From an uncultured Pseudomonadales bacterium (GTDB taxonomy: Bacteria; Pseudomonadota; Gammaproteobacteria; Pseudomonadales; JAHEIH01): a DNA stretch of 64,000 nt. The notes beneath the pieces are model-generated. The model saw nothing but the letters and a program-made list of their open reading frames with translations, was not told the DNA's origin and did not search any database. Positions 42,318 to 51,608 of the stretch are shown here, one piece after another. A program made the translations under genes and the position numbers. Location of the stretch: NCBI GenBank assembly GCA_964598145.1, contig CAZRAM010000010.1:3824-67823 (forward strand). Direction: 5' to 3'. How positions within the stretch are numbered: position 1 is the first letter of the stretch; each line of letters begins with the position of its first letter.

Positions 42318-42967
42318 CCGGGTTTGAGGCAGCCTCCCGTTTGAGGGCAGAATTCTTCGGGTTTTCCTGAGATGAGAGTAGGAATAGGATCTCTCTGCAA
42401 ATGTCGGCTTCAGGGAAATCTATCAGATCGTGTAAGTGCTGCAATGTGCGCTTATCAGCTCTGAGAAAATTGGAAGCTAATGTCTGGTATTGCGCAGTCA
42501 TTCACAGAGTTATTGGGTTCACTTGTTCACGCGGTTCCAGAGGGTAAAGCACAGCCTTCAATTCCGAGAGGCTAAATACTAATCCCGATACTTGCAGTCA
42601 CTTGTCACTCTACGTTCGTTAGTTTGGCTAACGTCCGCTTCTGAGGATTCTCTTCAGTAGCCTTTGGGTCGCTGTTTACACTTTGCAACTATTCACCGTT
42701 TTGAGGCTAGGGTCCGGAGTGTGCCGTTCTGAGACGGTGAACCAGATAATTACGGCGCGAAGATACAACCGCAAAAATCGGTCTATAACTTCGTTACTTC
42801 GGCCGTGGCACCGCAAGGTTAAACAGCAGGTGAGGGCAGTGCCCTCACGGACTCATATGTTTAAAAATTACCGGAGCCGCCTGTGGCGGGCAACGCCCAC
42901 CGACTGTAACCGTTCTGAAAAAGTCCGAGTGTGGGCTATGCCTTCGGCCTGATGGGCACCACATCCG

Positions 42968-43390
42968 TTAGAACGGTACATCGGTACTTTTAGGGTCGAT
43001 GCTGATGTCCGTCACGCCACCAAATCGCGGCACATCACCGCCGAGCCTGCGTATGGTTTTCGCCATTTCAGCATTGAGGTACAGCAATGACATGTAGCGA
43101 CTCCGTGCTACGTCGAGGTCACGCTTTAGCAATTCGATCTCGGCTGTTTGCTTAGGGTTCACTGCGACGCGCTTTTTAGCCTCAGGGCGCGGCTGTGCGC
43201 CTGCCTGGTCAATCGCTTCGAGGAGTGGCTCAAAACCAGGTCGGTTACGGATCGAACCACGTTTACGACCCGCCTCCAGGGCAACTGTGTCCTTGTTAAT
43301 CGGACTACCTTTCTCGATAACTTGCGGCTTGTTCTGCTTGAGGCGCTCAAGCGCAGCGAAGTACTCCTTCACCGTTGCACTCATAGTCAT
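42968..43390 (-). CDS. GinD/Srap-like recombination accessory protein
   Basis: 140 aa, INKDTVALEAGRKRGSI HTH-like segment plus coiled coil; ATGA overlap with the upstream recombinase. Confidence 0.75.
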   Translation of the reverse strand: MTMSATVKEYFAALERLKQNKPQVIEKGSPINKDTVALEAGRKRGSIRNRPGFEPLLEAIDQAGAQPRPEAKKRVAVNPKQTAEIELLKRDLDVARSRYMSLLYLNAEMAKTIRRLGGDVPRFGGVTDISIDPKSTDVPF

Positions 43391-45486
43391 GCGTCCATCT
43401 CCTCAGGTTCTAAATAAGTTTTTGTGACGTGATCAATCTCGGCAGCAATGAGCTTATAGGGGCGGCTATTCGGTGAATGCGCCTCCATCTCATACTGAAG
43501 ACTGTCGACGTACGTTTTAAGCTTCTCGGGCATGAGGATCGCGTCTTTACAGTCCGAGGTGCAGGGAAGTACCACATCCACCGCGAAATGCGGGCAACTG
43601 CCCTTCAGCGCGCACCCGCCCACAGGGGTCTCTTTGTAGGCTAATTTCCCTTGTTTGACGGCTTTCTGAGTCTCTTCACGACTCTCAAACATCTTAGGTA
43701 GAGCACCCGACTCTTTTGCACGCTGGAACTCTGCGCCCCGAGGGCCATAGAGTGGGGTTTGAGACTCAATCACTTGCTCATGAAACCGTACACTCACGTT
43801 GAATGCGACCGACTCTCTGAAGTTGAAAAGCACCGAGCCGTCGTCAATCGGCTTACCCTCCCCATCCATCAAGAAGTTCTCAGCAAAGGAACACCCCTCA
43901 GCGTACACGGCAGTCATGACCTCAGAGAGGTGTTTGAAGTGGGTTTTCAGCGTGGGGAGCGACACCATACCCGAGCGGCTGGCGTAGACCGCTACGGAGC
44001 GACGTAACTGGTGCGACGCAAGCGGCCACAGTTTGCCGACAGCAAATTCAGGCTTCTCGTCCCAGCCCCGAAACGCATCAAACACGGCCAACTCCTCCAT
44101 GTCTTCATCCTCAATCACCAACTCCAAGGAAGCCGCAAGAGAGCGCCAATTGCTTGTTTCTGAAATCCGTGTGGCTATTGGGATTGGATAGTGGCCTCTG
44201 TTGTCGATTCGGTTGATGCGCGGTGCAATAAACAACGGCAGATTACTGGGAAGCGGCGCATCCGCTGGACGGTTGCGAAACCAATTCAAACGGGCAATCT
44301 GTTGAGCGATTTTAACAGCGTATAGACCCTGCTCTGCAGTCGCCCATACCAACGGTTTGCTATAGTTGCCCTTGTCCGTGAATTTCTTCAAGTGCGACAC
44401 CACCACTGGCAAGTCCCCAAACCCTTTTGCAAACCCATGCACAACGGGCTCGTGGGGCATAACCCGCACCTCGCTTGTACGCATCCCGGTAAACGCGTGA
44501 ATGAGCAGTACACAGAGTCCTTGCAGGTGGCTGATATGCTCCTCGATATCTCTAAAATCTTCAAACTGCATGTGTTGTTCGGCATAGTCCGTCAGCCCAA
44601 ACCGCGCAAGCACACCTTCGGGGCTCGTTGGCTCATTAGCGCGTTTGCTCCAAGCAGGAAAGACTTTGTCTGGATAAACCCTCTTCACCCGCTTAAGGCC
44701 TACCATATACGAATGACTATCGCACACCCAGAGCAACGGGTCGGCGTACACGGCCTGAATAAGCGCCTCTAGACGCGGCAAATACGGCTGGGCCGCCTCC
44801 ATCTGTGCCAAAGCACCACCAATCAACTTACCGAATAAGCGGGTCGGCACTAATGGCGTTGGGTCTCTACGTTCAAGCTTACGGTTATGCGATTTTTTGC
44901 ATAGCGCGAGAACATCGGAAAGGTCCGCTTCCGGTACGATACGCGGAACATTGCAGGTGATTTTTTCAACGCCCTGCCAGTAATTCAGGTCTTTCAGTAA
45001 ACCATCCAATCGTATTGAATCTTTGAAACCCTCACGCGCATTTGCGATGGATGTGCGCAAACCCACTTGAAAATGAGGACTGTGCTCAGCCTCGGCCAAC
45101 GAAATTCCAAGTAGATGGCACATTTTGGCGATTGCGCGCAACGGTTGTATTATGCCTGCTAGGTAAGCCAATCCCCGCGAGCGACCCGCATTGCTCGTCG
45201 TCTCGAAGCCACTAAGCCAGTGAAGGGTTTTAATCTCATCCGTGAGTGTGCGGGCCAGCCCATCCATCGGACCTTTCTCGCTACTCCACCACGAATCAAA
45301 CCAAATCTTGCTCAACGCCCCGTAAGGGGTGTAATCCCATGAGTCATCCTTGAATCGGCTTATCACCTTTCTTTCGGTATTGCGAGCGATTACGAATTCA
45401 GGATCAATTCCCGTGCTCTTTATCTCTCCAGTGCTATCGGGACTGTAGTCAAGTTTTTCGTCGATACAGCGGAAGTCGAAATCCAT
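43387..45486 (-). CDS. Large tyrosine recombinase (GinC/IntB-like)
   Basis: FTGMRTSEV, SHQLRRS, HFKHLSEVMTAVY, C-terminal Cys cluster; start MDFDF with GGAGG RBS, 699 aa. Confidence 0.85.
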   Translation of the reverse strand: MDFDFRCIDEKLDYSPDSTGEIKSTGIDPEFVIARNTERKVISRFKDDSWDYTPYGALSKIWFDSWWSSEKGPMDGLARTLTDEIKTLHWLSGFETTSNAGRSRGLAYLAGIIQPLRAIAKMCHLLGISLAEAEHSPHFQVGLRTSIANAREGFKDSIRLDGLLKDLNYWQGVEKITCNVPRIVPEADLSDVLALCKKSHNRKLERRDPTPLVPTRLFGKLIGGALAQMEAAQPYLPRLEALIQAVYADPLLWVCDSHSYMVGLKRVKRVYPDKVFPAWSKRANEPTSPEGVLARFGLTDYAEQHMQFEDFRDIEEHISHLQGLCVLLIHAFTGMRTSEVRVMPHEPVVHGFAKGFGDLPVVVSHLKKFTDKGNYSKPLVWATAEQGLYAVKIAQQIARLNWFRNRPADAPLPSNLPLFIAPRINRIDNRGHYPIPIATRISETSNWRSLAASLELVIEDEDMEELAVFDAFRGWDEKPEFAVGKLWPLASHQLRRSVAVYASRSGMVSLPTLKTHFKHLSEVMTAVYAEGCSFAENFLMDGEGKPIDDGSVLFNFRESVAFNVSVRFHEQVIESQTPLYGPRGAEFQRAKESGALPKMFESREETQKAVKQGKLAYKETPVGGCALKGSCPHFAVDVVLPCTSDCKDAILMPEKLKTYVDSLQYEMEAHSPNSRPYKLIAAEIDHVTKTYLEPEEMDA

Positions 45487-45487
45487 C

Positions 45488-47461
45488 TTAAACCTCCTGT
45501 ATATCGAGCAACGCGTTGATTTTTGAACCCCAGTAATGATCTTGCTCACCTCGCTCAAACCGCGCTTTTGCATCTTTCAGGCGCTGTGAAAAACCGTCAC
45601 TGTAGTCATGAACATCCGCCAAAATTTGATCAATACGATTCTGATAGGGCGCAAACTTAACGAAGTATTCATCAATTGAGCTTGAGAACTGTCGGCTCTG
45701 CACTTCAATCCAACGTTTCATTGTGAGTAGCTGTATTAGATCCGTGTCGTCAGCGTGCAGGCCAAAGTGAATGCAGAAGATGCAGGTGACGGGCGCACCG
45801 CAACGCGGCTGCAAGCTAGGATCTACAACGCCGTCAATCGCTTTGGGGCCGCTCAGTTCATTCTCATCACAGATGCCTGAGCTGATTGTCTTGCCACCAT
45901 CAATGACTCGCACAGGTGCCACACCGTTATAGCGATGCTGTGCTGACTCCGCTTGCAGTTTAAAATATTCACTCATTGCTTTGGCCGCTTCTAGGTAGCT
46001 TTCATAGGCGTAGTGGGATTCGATGGTTTGAGGGGTTGCGGATTGAAGCGCGGAGACCAATGCAACGTTGTTTCCCGAGGCCTTCTTCAGATTAACCGTC
46101 CGATGCTTGCGAGATGCACGTGTTGCCTTTGTAGGCGCACCTTCTGGCCACAGCGCAAGCGCGGACATCTCGGAGTGCTTCAAAAATCGGTAGGGCTCCA
46201 AATTTTTTCTATTAGGTATAAGGAAAACGCCCCGTTTGGGTGGATGCGCTAGTTTCGCACTCATCCATTGGCGCAACCTAAGATATTTTTTCCAGGTTGT
46301 TTGAGCAAAACGAACATCGACATATTGGCTTTGATTTTCGTACCCTGCACGGCCCTTGATTGCACGCATTTGGTCAAGCCCAAGTGCTTTGTTTAAACGT
46401 ATCTGACTACAATCCACACTGGCGAGGTGCGCGGCATTGTTGCCTGCCTCCGCCAGCAAAAGATAACCAAAATGCCGAGCCGCTTCGTTGGCTATTCTAA
46501 TCAGTTGCCCTTCACTAAACTGGCGATTCTCATCCTGCTTACGTTTAAAGTTCTTGGTACCAATAGGCTCAATGCTATGCTGCACCAACAGCGCATTGAA
46601 ATCTTTTGACGTTCCCTCGAACACCCCCTCGCGACGGTAGAAATAGGGCATCCAGTCGGTACGCCCATTGTTTGTCCAACCGTTGTGGTTGTTGGCCGCC
46701 TGCGAGTAGTAAATCAGGTCATCAAACCCCAGATCCTGTAGCTCAATCACAACTGGCGGTGCAGTTTGGTTTACTATCGCGTCGGCCAGACCGTCAAAGA
46801 TTCGCGCATGCATCGCATGGGCTAAGTTGTGATCGTCCGAAGTCGAGGCGGGCGCAGGCACTTCCTTGTCAGATTGTTTTTTCTGAGGGATCTTAATTGC
46901 CCATCCTTCCACAACAGCATTATCAGTACTCAGCGCTAACGCGCACAGATAGCGCAACGCTCTCTGGTAAATGCTAGCGGTCGGATAGCATATAGAACCC
47001 TCGGCCTCTGTTTTCATTTGCCCGACGTTCGATAGACGCAATCGATATCGAAGGTGCTCGGTGTAGTCAATGTAGAGCTGTCGTGCCGCCTCTTGCTCAG
47101 ATAGATCGTGACTACGACCTTTCGTATCAATCCAATTGAGTGCTTTCTCAATATGAATGAAGCTAGGCATATTCGAGTGACCTTCAAGCAGCGCTTTGCA
47201 CACCTTGGCCATCAACGTAGTGCGCTGTGAGCACAGGCTCAGCAGATTGACCTTCTGAAGCTCTTTTGTACTGGACACCGTTGCATCAAGGTTACGACGG
47301 TCGAGATAACAGACGCGGTAAGGGCGTGCGTAACGAGTTGAACCTCTAGTCTTCTGATCAATTACCAAAGTATCAGGCGTGAATTCTGGAGCCACATCGA
47401 ATTCACCTAATGGGAGTGTTTGCAAATCAGGCAGCGTGTACACAGCGGGATTAGATATCAT
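45488..47461 (-). CDS. Degenerate tyrosine-recombinase-fold protein (GinB/Tfp-like)
   Basis: 657 aa between two recombinases; IKGRA, QTIESHY and CGAPVTCIFC, but no catalytic R or HxxR. Confidence 0.75.
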   Translation of the reverse strand: MISNPAVYTLPDLQTLPLGEFDVAPEFTPDTLVIDQKTRGSTRYARPYRVCYLDRRNLDATVSSTKELQKVNLLSLCSQRTTLMAKVCKALLEGHSNMPSFIHIEKALNWIDTKGRSHDLSEQEAARQLYIDYTEHLRYRLRLSNVGQMKTEAEGSICYPTASIYQRALRYLCALALSTDNAVVEGWAIKIPQKKQSDKEVPAPASTSDDHNLAHAMHARIFDGLADAIVNQTAPPVVIELQDLGFDDLIYYSQAANNHNGWTNNGRTDWMPYFYRREGVFEGTSKDFNALLVQHSIEPIGTKNFKRKQDENRQFSEGQLIRIANEAARHFGYLLLAEAGNNAAHLASVDCSQIRLNKALGLDQMRAIKGRAGYENQSQYVDVRFAQTTWKKYLRLRQWMSAKLAHPPKRGVFLIPNRKNLEPYRFLKHSEMSALALWPEGAPTKATRASRKHRTVNLKKASGNNVALVSALQSATPQTIESHYAYESYLEAAKAMSEYFKLQAESAQHRYNGVAPVRVIDGGKTISSGICDENELSGPKAIDGVVDPSLQPRCGAPVTCIFCIHFGLHADDTDLIQLLTMKRWIEVQSRQFSSSIDEYFVKFAPYQNRIDQILADVHDYSDGFSQRLKDAKARFERGEQDHYWGSKINALLDIQEV

Positions 47462-48939
47462 TAGTTAAAATCCTTTAGACGGCTGTTGATGCGGTCATGG
47501 TGATAAGCGATGGCCTCTTTTACAGACTCGTTCTCCTCATCGAATTTGAGGTAGGCTTGCGTTGTCTCGAAATTCGAGTGACCCATGCGCGCTTTGAGTT
47601 CGTGACGCACGTCCTTCACGCCCGCCGTATCCGCATCCCTTACGAAGTTCATTCCGTATGTGGCACGGAAATCATGGAATCTAAACGCGTTAAAGTCAGG
47701 ATGATCGCGGCGGATATCACGGATCAGACGACCTAGGTAGTTCCGTACCGCATTGCCCTCCTGAACAGTGAAAGTCACACGGTCTTTGGCAGTTATACGC
47801 TGGCTGTACTTGCTGTCCTGACGATCAGATTGCTCCTTTAGGCTCGTATAAAAAGGCGACCCGTTCCTGGCGAGAAATAAATAGTTGTCGCGTGAGTCGC
47901 CGTAGAAGCTGAGGGATCTGCGCTCCTGATGCTCTTCTGACTCCATGTAATCACGTAGCATATCGCGTAACTGGATAGGCACATGCAGGCGGTATTTCTT
48001 CTGATTCTTAGTATCGACGCCTGTGCCCTCGCCGATATTGAGTAGTACCTCGCCGTTACGAGAGCGCTGCTCCATCAAACTGTCAATGTCACGCATGCGC
48101 AGTGTGCATACCGTCTGTATACGCGCACCTGTGTAGAGCGCAACAAGACACATCAACTGAAAGACTCGATTATCCGATTTCGCCAGATACTCCAAAATGA
48201 GCGTCTGATCCTCTTCGCTCAATGGTCTTAAATTACCGCCGTCTTTGAGGGTGCCGATTTGATCACGTCTGGAAACACGAAAGGCAAAGTTCGTTGTCTC
48301 TACCGCTTTCATGAACTGAACGCCCGAAGAATTCACAACCGGAATACCGACTAGTTTGCCTTCATAAGGCGGGTTTTCTAGGGCTGTTTCCGCCACTAAT
48401 TCATAAAGAGAAAGGCCGCGATAGAAACCGACCACCGCTTGCATTCGTGCTTTTGCAACACCTACTGAGATTGGAGAGTCCTGCCCCATGCGCAACAATT
48501 TTCTGAGGTAGCGGTAGTACGACCAGGTGCAGCGCTGCTCCGCTTCTTTTGGAAGGAACAGTTCATGCATGGCACGACCTTCAGACTGCTGGTGCTCGAT
48601 CCAGCGCAAATACATCGTTAGGTGCTTAGCGATAGACTGAATAGTTGAAACACTCGGCGGCTCAACCTTGGCCATCTCTGTAAATTTGCGTATCAGATAC
48701 AGATTGCCCAGATCCCATGGCTCTCTGTCACCGCGCAGGATAATTGGGAACTTGCGGACGACCCCGTCTTCAATGGGTGACAATTGGATGGAGAGGTCGT
48801 GGTAACGAAACGGCGAGAAGTGACCAACCTGCTTGCTGCCTTCGCTCTCTAGTGAGACCTCGGACGGGACAAACACATCAATGTATGAGAGATGTGCGCT
48901 TGAGTTTAACGCTTCTTTTGATCGCTTGTCTGATCGCAT
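47461..48939 (-). CDS. Tyrosine recombinase (GinA/IntA-like)
   Basis: YTGARIQTV, DTKNQK, FHDFRATYG, RMGH...TTQAY; first gene at the island end. Confidence 0.9.
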   Translation of the reverse strand: MRSDKRSKEALNSSAHLSYIDVFVPSEVSLESEGSKQVGHFSPFRYHDLSIQLSPIEDGVVRKFPIILRGDREPWDLGNLYLIRKFTEMAKVEPPSVSTIQSIAKHLTMYLRWIEHQQSEGRAMHELFLPKEAEQRCTWSYYRYLRKLLRMGQDSPISVGVAKARMQAVVGFYRGLSLYELVAETALENPPYEGKLVGIPVVNSSGVQFMKAVETTNFAFRVSRRDQIGTLKDGGNLRPLSEEDQTLILEYLAKSDNRVFQLMCLVALYTGARIQTVCTLRMRDIDSLMEQRSRNGEVLLNIGEGTGVDTKNQKKYRLHVPIQLRDMLRDYMESEEHQERRSLSFYGDSRDNYLFLARNGSPFYTSLKEQSDRQDSKYSQRITAKDRVTFTVQEGNAVRNYLGRLIRDIRRDHPDFNAFRFHDFRATYGMNFVRDADTAGVKDVRHELKARMGHSNFETTQAYLKFDEENESVKEAIAYHHDRINSRLKDFN

Positions 48940-48949
48940 TGATGTAATA

Positions 48950-49020
48950 GCCCATATGTATTATGTACATATAGACTATCACGTTAGGTGTTCTATTTTT
49001 ATGTGTACACGTTAGGTGTA
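48950..49020. other. Right terminus (att end) of the island
   Basis: Direct repeat CACGTTAGGTGT at 48980 and 49008; TGTACA at 48964 and 49004; ATGTGTACAC shared with the left end (32526). Confidence 0.7.
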
Positions 49021-49130
49021 TCATAGCTATTCAAGGCCAAGATACGCGCATCGCTCCAGAGTCCAGCGGCTTCGACCGCATTGATGACAGTGTCGGGTGT
49101 GAGGTTGGCGTAGGGGTGTTGATTCATCAT
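49021..49130 (-). pseudogene. srkA: 5' part of the host srkA (36 codons)
   Basis: [36 protein letters not shown]; ATG overlaps the modC stop (TAATG); reads on into the island as DTPNVYT-stop. Confidence 0.92.
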
Positions 49131-50182
49131 TAGGCCATAAGTGCGACAGACTTCACCTGTGCATAGACGCGCTGGCCGGCCTGCAGTGCTAGTTCGTCAC
49201 AGGATTTGTGGGTGATGCGCGCCAGCAAAAATTGATCTTCCACCTGGAGGCGTAGCATCACATGGCTGTCGTTGTGTGGGTCAATGCTATCGATGGTCGC
49301 CTGGAGGATGTTCAAAATGCTCGATTGGATGGGTCTATCGACGCAAATACTGACATCGCGCGCGGCGATGCGGATGCGCACGTGGCTGTCAAAGTGGTCG
49401 GTTAATGCTGGGCAGATGATCTGTTGTTCCCCAAGGCTAAGGGTCGACAGCTGATAGCCTTCGACGCTGCCATGGTGGCGGGTGCGCAAGACGGCCCCTG
49501 CGTCTTGACCATCGGCGATGCTGTTGTCGAGGCAATTGAAAATATCGAATACATTGCCGTGGGCACTGATTTCCCCATCGGCGCCCATCAGTGCAACATC
49601 GTCGGCAAACTGGGCGACTTCGTCGGCGATGTGGCTAATAAATACGATGCATGCCTGGTGCTGTTTTTGATAGTCGACTAGCGCGCGGTAAACCTGCAGG
49701 CGGGCGGCGGCGTCGAGGGCAGACACGGCTTCGTCCAATAGTAATAGTTTGGGCTGGCTGTACAGCGCGCGAGCAATGGCGACACGCTGGCGCTGACCAC
49801 CTGATAGGGACTGAATAGAAGCGTTGAGCCAATGTTCTTGGATACCCAGGGTGTGCAAGGTGGTTTGCAGTTGCTGCTTTGACATGCATTGGTCTTTGAA
49901 GCGCCAAGCGAAACAAATGTTGTCCAGGACATTCAGATGGGGAAACAGTTCGCCGTGTTGAAAGACCATGCCGATGGGGCGTTGTTCGCAGGGCATGTTT
50001 AGCCACTGGCTGCCAGCGAAGTGAATGGCACTGCCCTGTGGCAGTTCCCGCAGGCCGGCAATTTGTTCTAGCAGGTGGGTTTTGCCCGCCCCCGAGGGGC
50101 CAAACAAGGCGGTGAACCCCGGATTGATGTGCAGGTCAATGGCCGGGTGGTTAGCGCTGGCGGTGCGTTGTAGGTGTAGCAT
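49130..50182 (-). CDS. modC: Molybdate ABC transporter ATP-binding protein
   Basis: [25 protein letters not shown] domain SSILN...AQVKSV. Confidence 0.92.
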   Translation of the reverse strand: MLHLQRTASANHPAIDLHINPGFTALFGPSGAGKTHLLEQIAGLRELPQGSAIHFAGSQWLNMPCEQRPIGMVFQHGELFPHLNVLDNICFAWRFKDQCMSKQQLQTTLHTLGIQEHWLNASIQSLSGGQRQRVAIARALYSQPKLLLLDEAVSALDAAARLQVYRALVDYQKQHQACIVFISHIADEVAQFADDVALMGADGEISAHGNVFDIFNCLDNSIADGQDAGAVLRTRHHGSVEGYQLSTLSLGEQQIICPALTDHFDSHVRIRIAARDVSICVDRPIQSSILNILQATIDSIDPHNDSHVMLRLQVEDQFLLARITHKSCDELALQAGQRVYAQVKSVALMA

Positions 50183-50862
50183 CAGGCCATCCCCTTCGCT
50201 CTTGCACGCGCTTGCAAGCTGTACACAGCGACCAGTACGACCGCTGAGAAACCCAGTAAGATACCCGCGTAGCGGTTGGCGCTAGCGTAGTTTAATAGCT
50301 CCACTTCTTGGTATAGAGCGATCGACATCACTTGGGTTTCTCCGGGGATATTACCGCCGATCATCAACACCACGCCGAATTCGCCGACGGTGTGGGCAAA
50401 ACCCATCACGGCGGCGCTCACCATGGCCGTTTTAGCCATCGGTAGCGCCAGGAATACAAAGCGCTGCCAGCCATTGCAGCCCAAACTTGCCGCAGCTTTA
50501 AGCGTCTCGGATGAAATATTCTGAAAACTGTTGATGAGCGGCTGTATTACAAAGGGCGCCGAGTAGATCACCGAAGCGATGACTAAGGCCTCAAAGCTAA
50601 AGGCGAGTTGTTGGTTGAAGAGCCCCTGCCAGAGGCCGCCGATCATACTGTCGGGGGCGAAGCCAACGAGTAGATAGTAGCCCAGCACGCTGGGGGGGAG
50701 CACGAGTGGCATGGCGATCAGCGCTTCGGCGAAGGGTTTCAACCGACTGCGGCTACGCGCTAAACGCCAGGCAATCGGTGTGCCCAGCAACAGCAATATC
50801 GCCGTAGTGGCCCCTGCAAGTTGTAAGGTGAGCCACAGGGTTTGCCACAAGGGGTCAGTCAT
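50182..50862 (-). CDS. modB: Molybdate ABC transporter permease
   Basis: [34 protein letters not shown]. Confidence 0.95.
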   Translation of the reverse strand: MTDPLWQTLWLTLQLAGATTAILLLLGTPIAWRLARSRSRLKPFAEALIAMPLVLPPSVLGYYLLVGFAPDSMIGGLWQGLFNQQLAFSFEALVIASVIYSAPFVIQPLINSFQNISSETLKAAASLGCNGWQRFVFLALPMAKTAMVSAAVMGFAHTVGEFGVVLMIGGNIPGETQVMSIALYQEVELLNYASANRYAGILLGFSAVVLVAVYSLQARARAKGMA

Positions 50863-51577
50863 GCGGCACCGCCTGATAACCGTGGCTGGCGATGATGTTT
50901 TTGGCGCCCTCGCTGTCTAAAAAGTGCCAAAAAGCGGTGGCCTCTGGGTTATTGGGCTGCAATAACAAGCCCGCTTGATCGATGGGGTCGTAAACCGCGG
51001 GCACCTCGCTCCAAGCAATCGATGGCTTTTGCATGACCTGTGAGCGCGCGGCGAAGGCGCAGTCCACTGCCCCAGCGCCCAGAAAATTGAGTGCTTGTCC
51101 GACGTTTTGGCCCTGCACGAAAGGTGCTACAAGGCCTTCACGATGCAATACTTGTTGGGCGGCGCGGCCGTAGGGGGCGGTATTCGGGTTGGCGATGGCG
51201 ACACGCGCTTCACCGCTAGCGATACGCTGCATCGCTGTTGAGAAATCCCATCCTTCGCGGCAAGCCAGCACCAGGGTGCCGCGGGCATAAAGCTTCAATT
51301 CACTGCCGCGGCCGTGCTCGGCCAGTAACTTTGGGTATGATTGGTCAGCACTTAAGAAAATGGCAAACGGCGCGCCGCGCTCAATTTGGTGGAAGTGTGT
51401 GCCACTTGCGGCGCTGCTGAGCTGGATGGCTATCGCCGGATGTTGTTGCTGAAAGGCACTGGCAAGAGCGCGGGCAGCGGGTTCGAAGTTGCTCGCCACC
51501 GCAACCAATAGGCGCGAGCTGGCCTGGCTAGTGCTAGCCGTAACAGCCAATAACAATGTCAGCAAAAGCTTACCCAT
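50855..51577 (-). CDS. modA: Molybdate ABC transporter substrate-binding protein
   Basis: Signal peptide, VAVASNF, GAPFAIFLSAD, IANPNTAPYGRAA. Confidence 0.92.
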   Translation of the reverse strand: MGKLLLTLLLAVTASTSQASSRLLVAVASNFEPAARALASAFQQQHPAIAIQLSSAASGTHFHQIERGAPFAIFLSADQSYPKLLAEHGRGSELKLYARGTLVLACREGWDFSTAMQRIASGEARVAIANPNTAPYGRAAQQVLHREGLVAPFVQGQNVGQALNFLGAGAVDCAFAARSQVMQKPSIAWSEVPAVYDPIDQAGLLLQPNNPEATAFWHFLDSEGAKNIIASHGYQAVPHD

Positions 51578-51608
51578 GTCGCTCCCTGCAGGTTGAACCG
51601 CCAGTGGT

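Larger units (their letters stand above)
32443..49020. mobile_element. ~16.6 kb integrative island of GInt/SE type inserted in srkA
   Basis: Flanks rejoin in frame (AGC TAT GAA AAT CGT = SYENR, one T ambiguous); four-gene recombinase operon at the right end; IS and TA cargo; more AT-rich by eye. Confidence 0.92.

Noticed and set aside
45487-45573. Extended start of the 728-aa recombinase ORF
   Set aside because: It overlaps the upstream gene; a GGAGG RBS supports ATG 45486
42968-48939. RIT element, prophage or ICE interpretation
   Set aside because: The proteins are much larger than RIT recombinases, a fourth gene is present, and there are no phage structural, relaxase or T4SS genes
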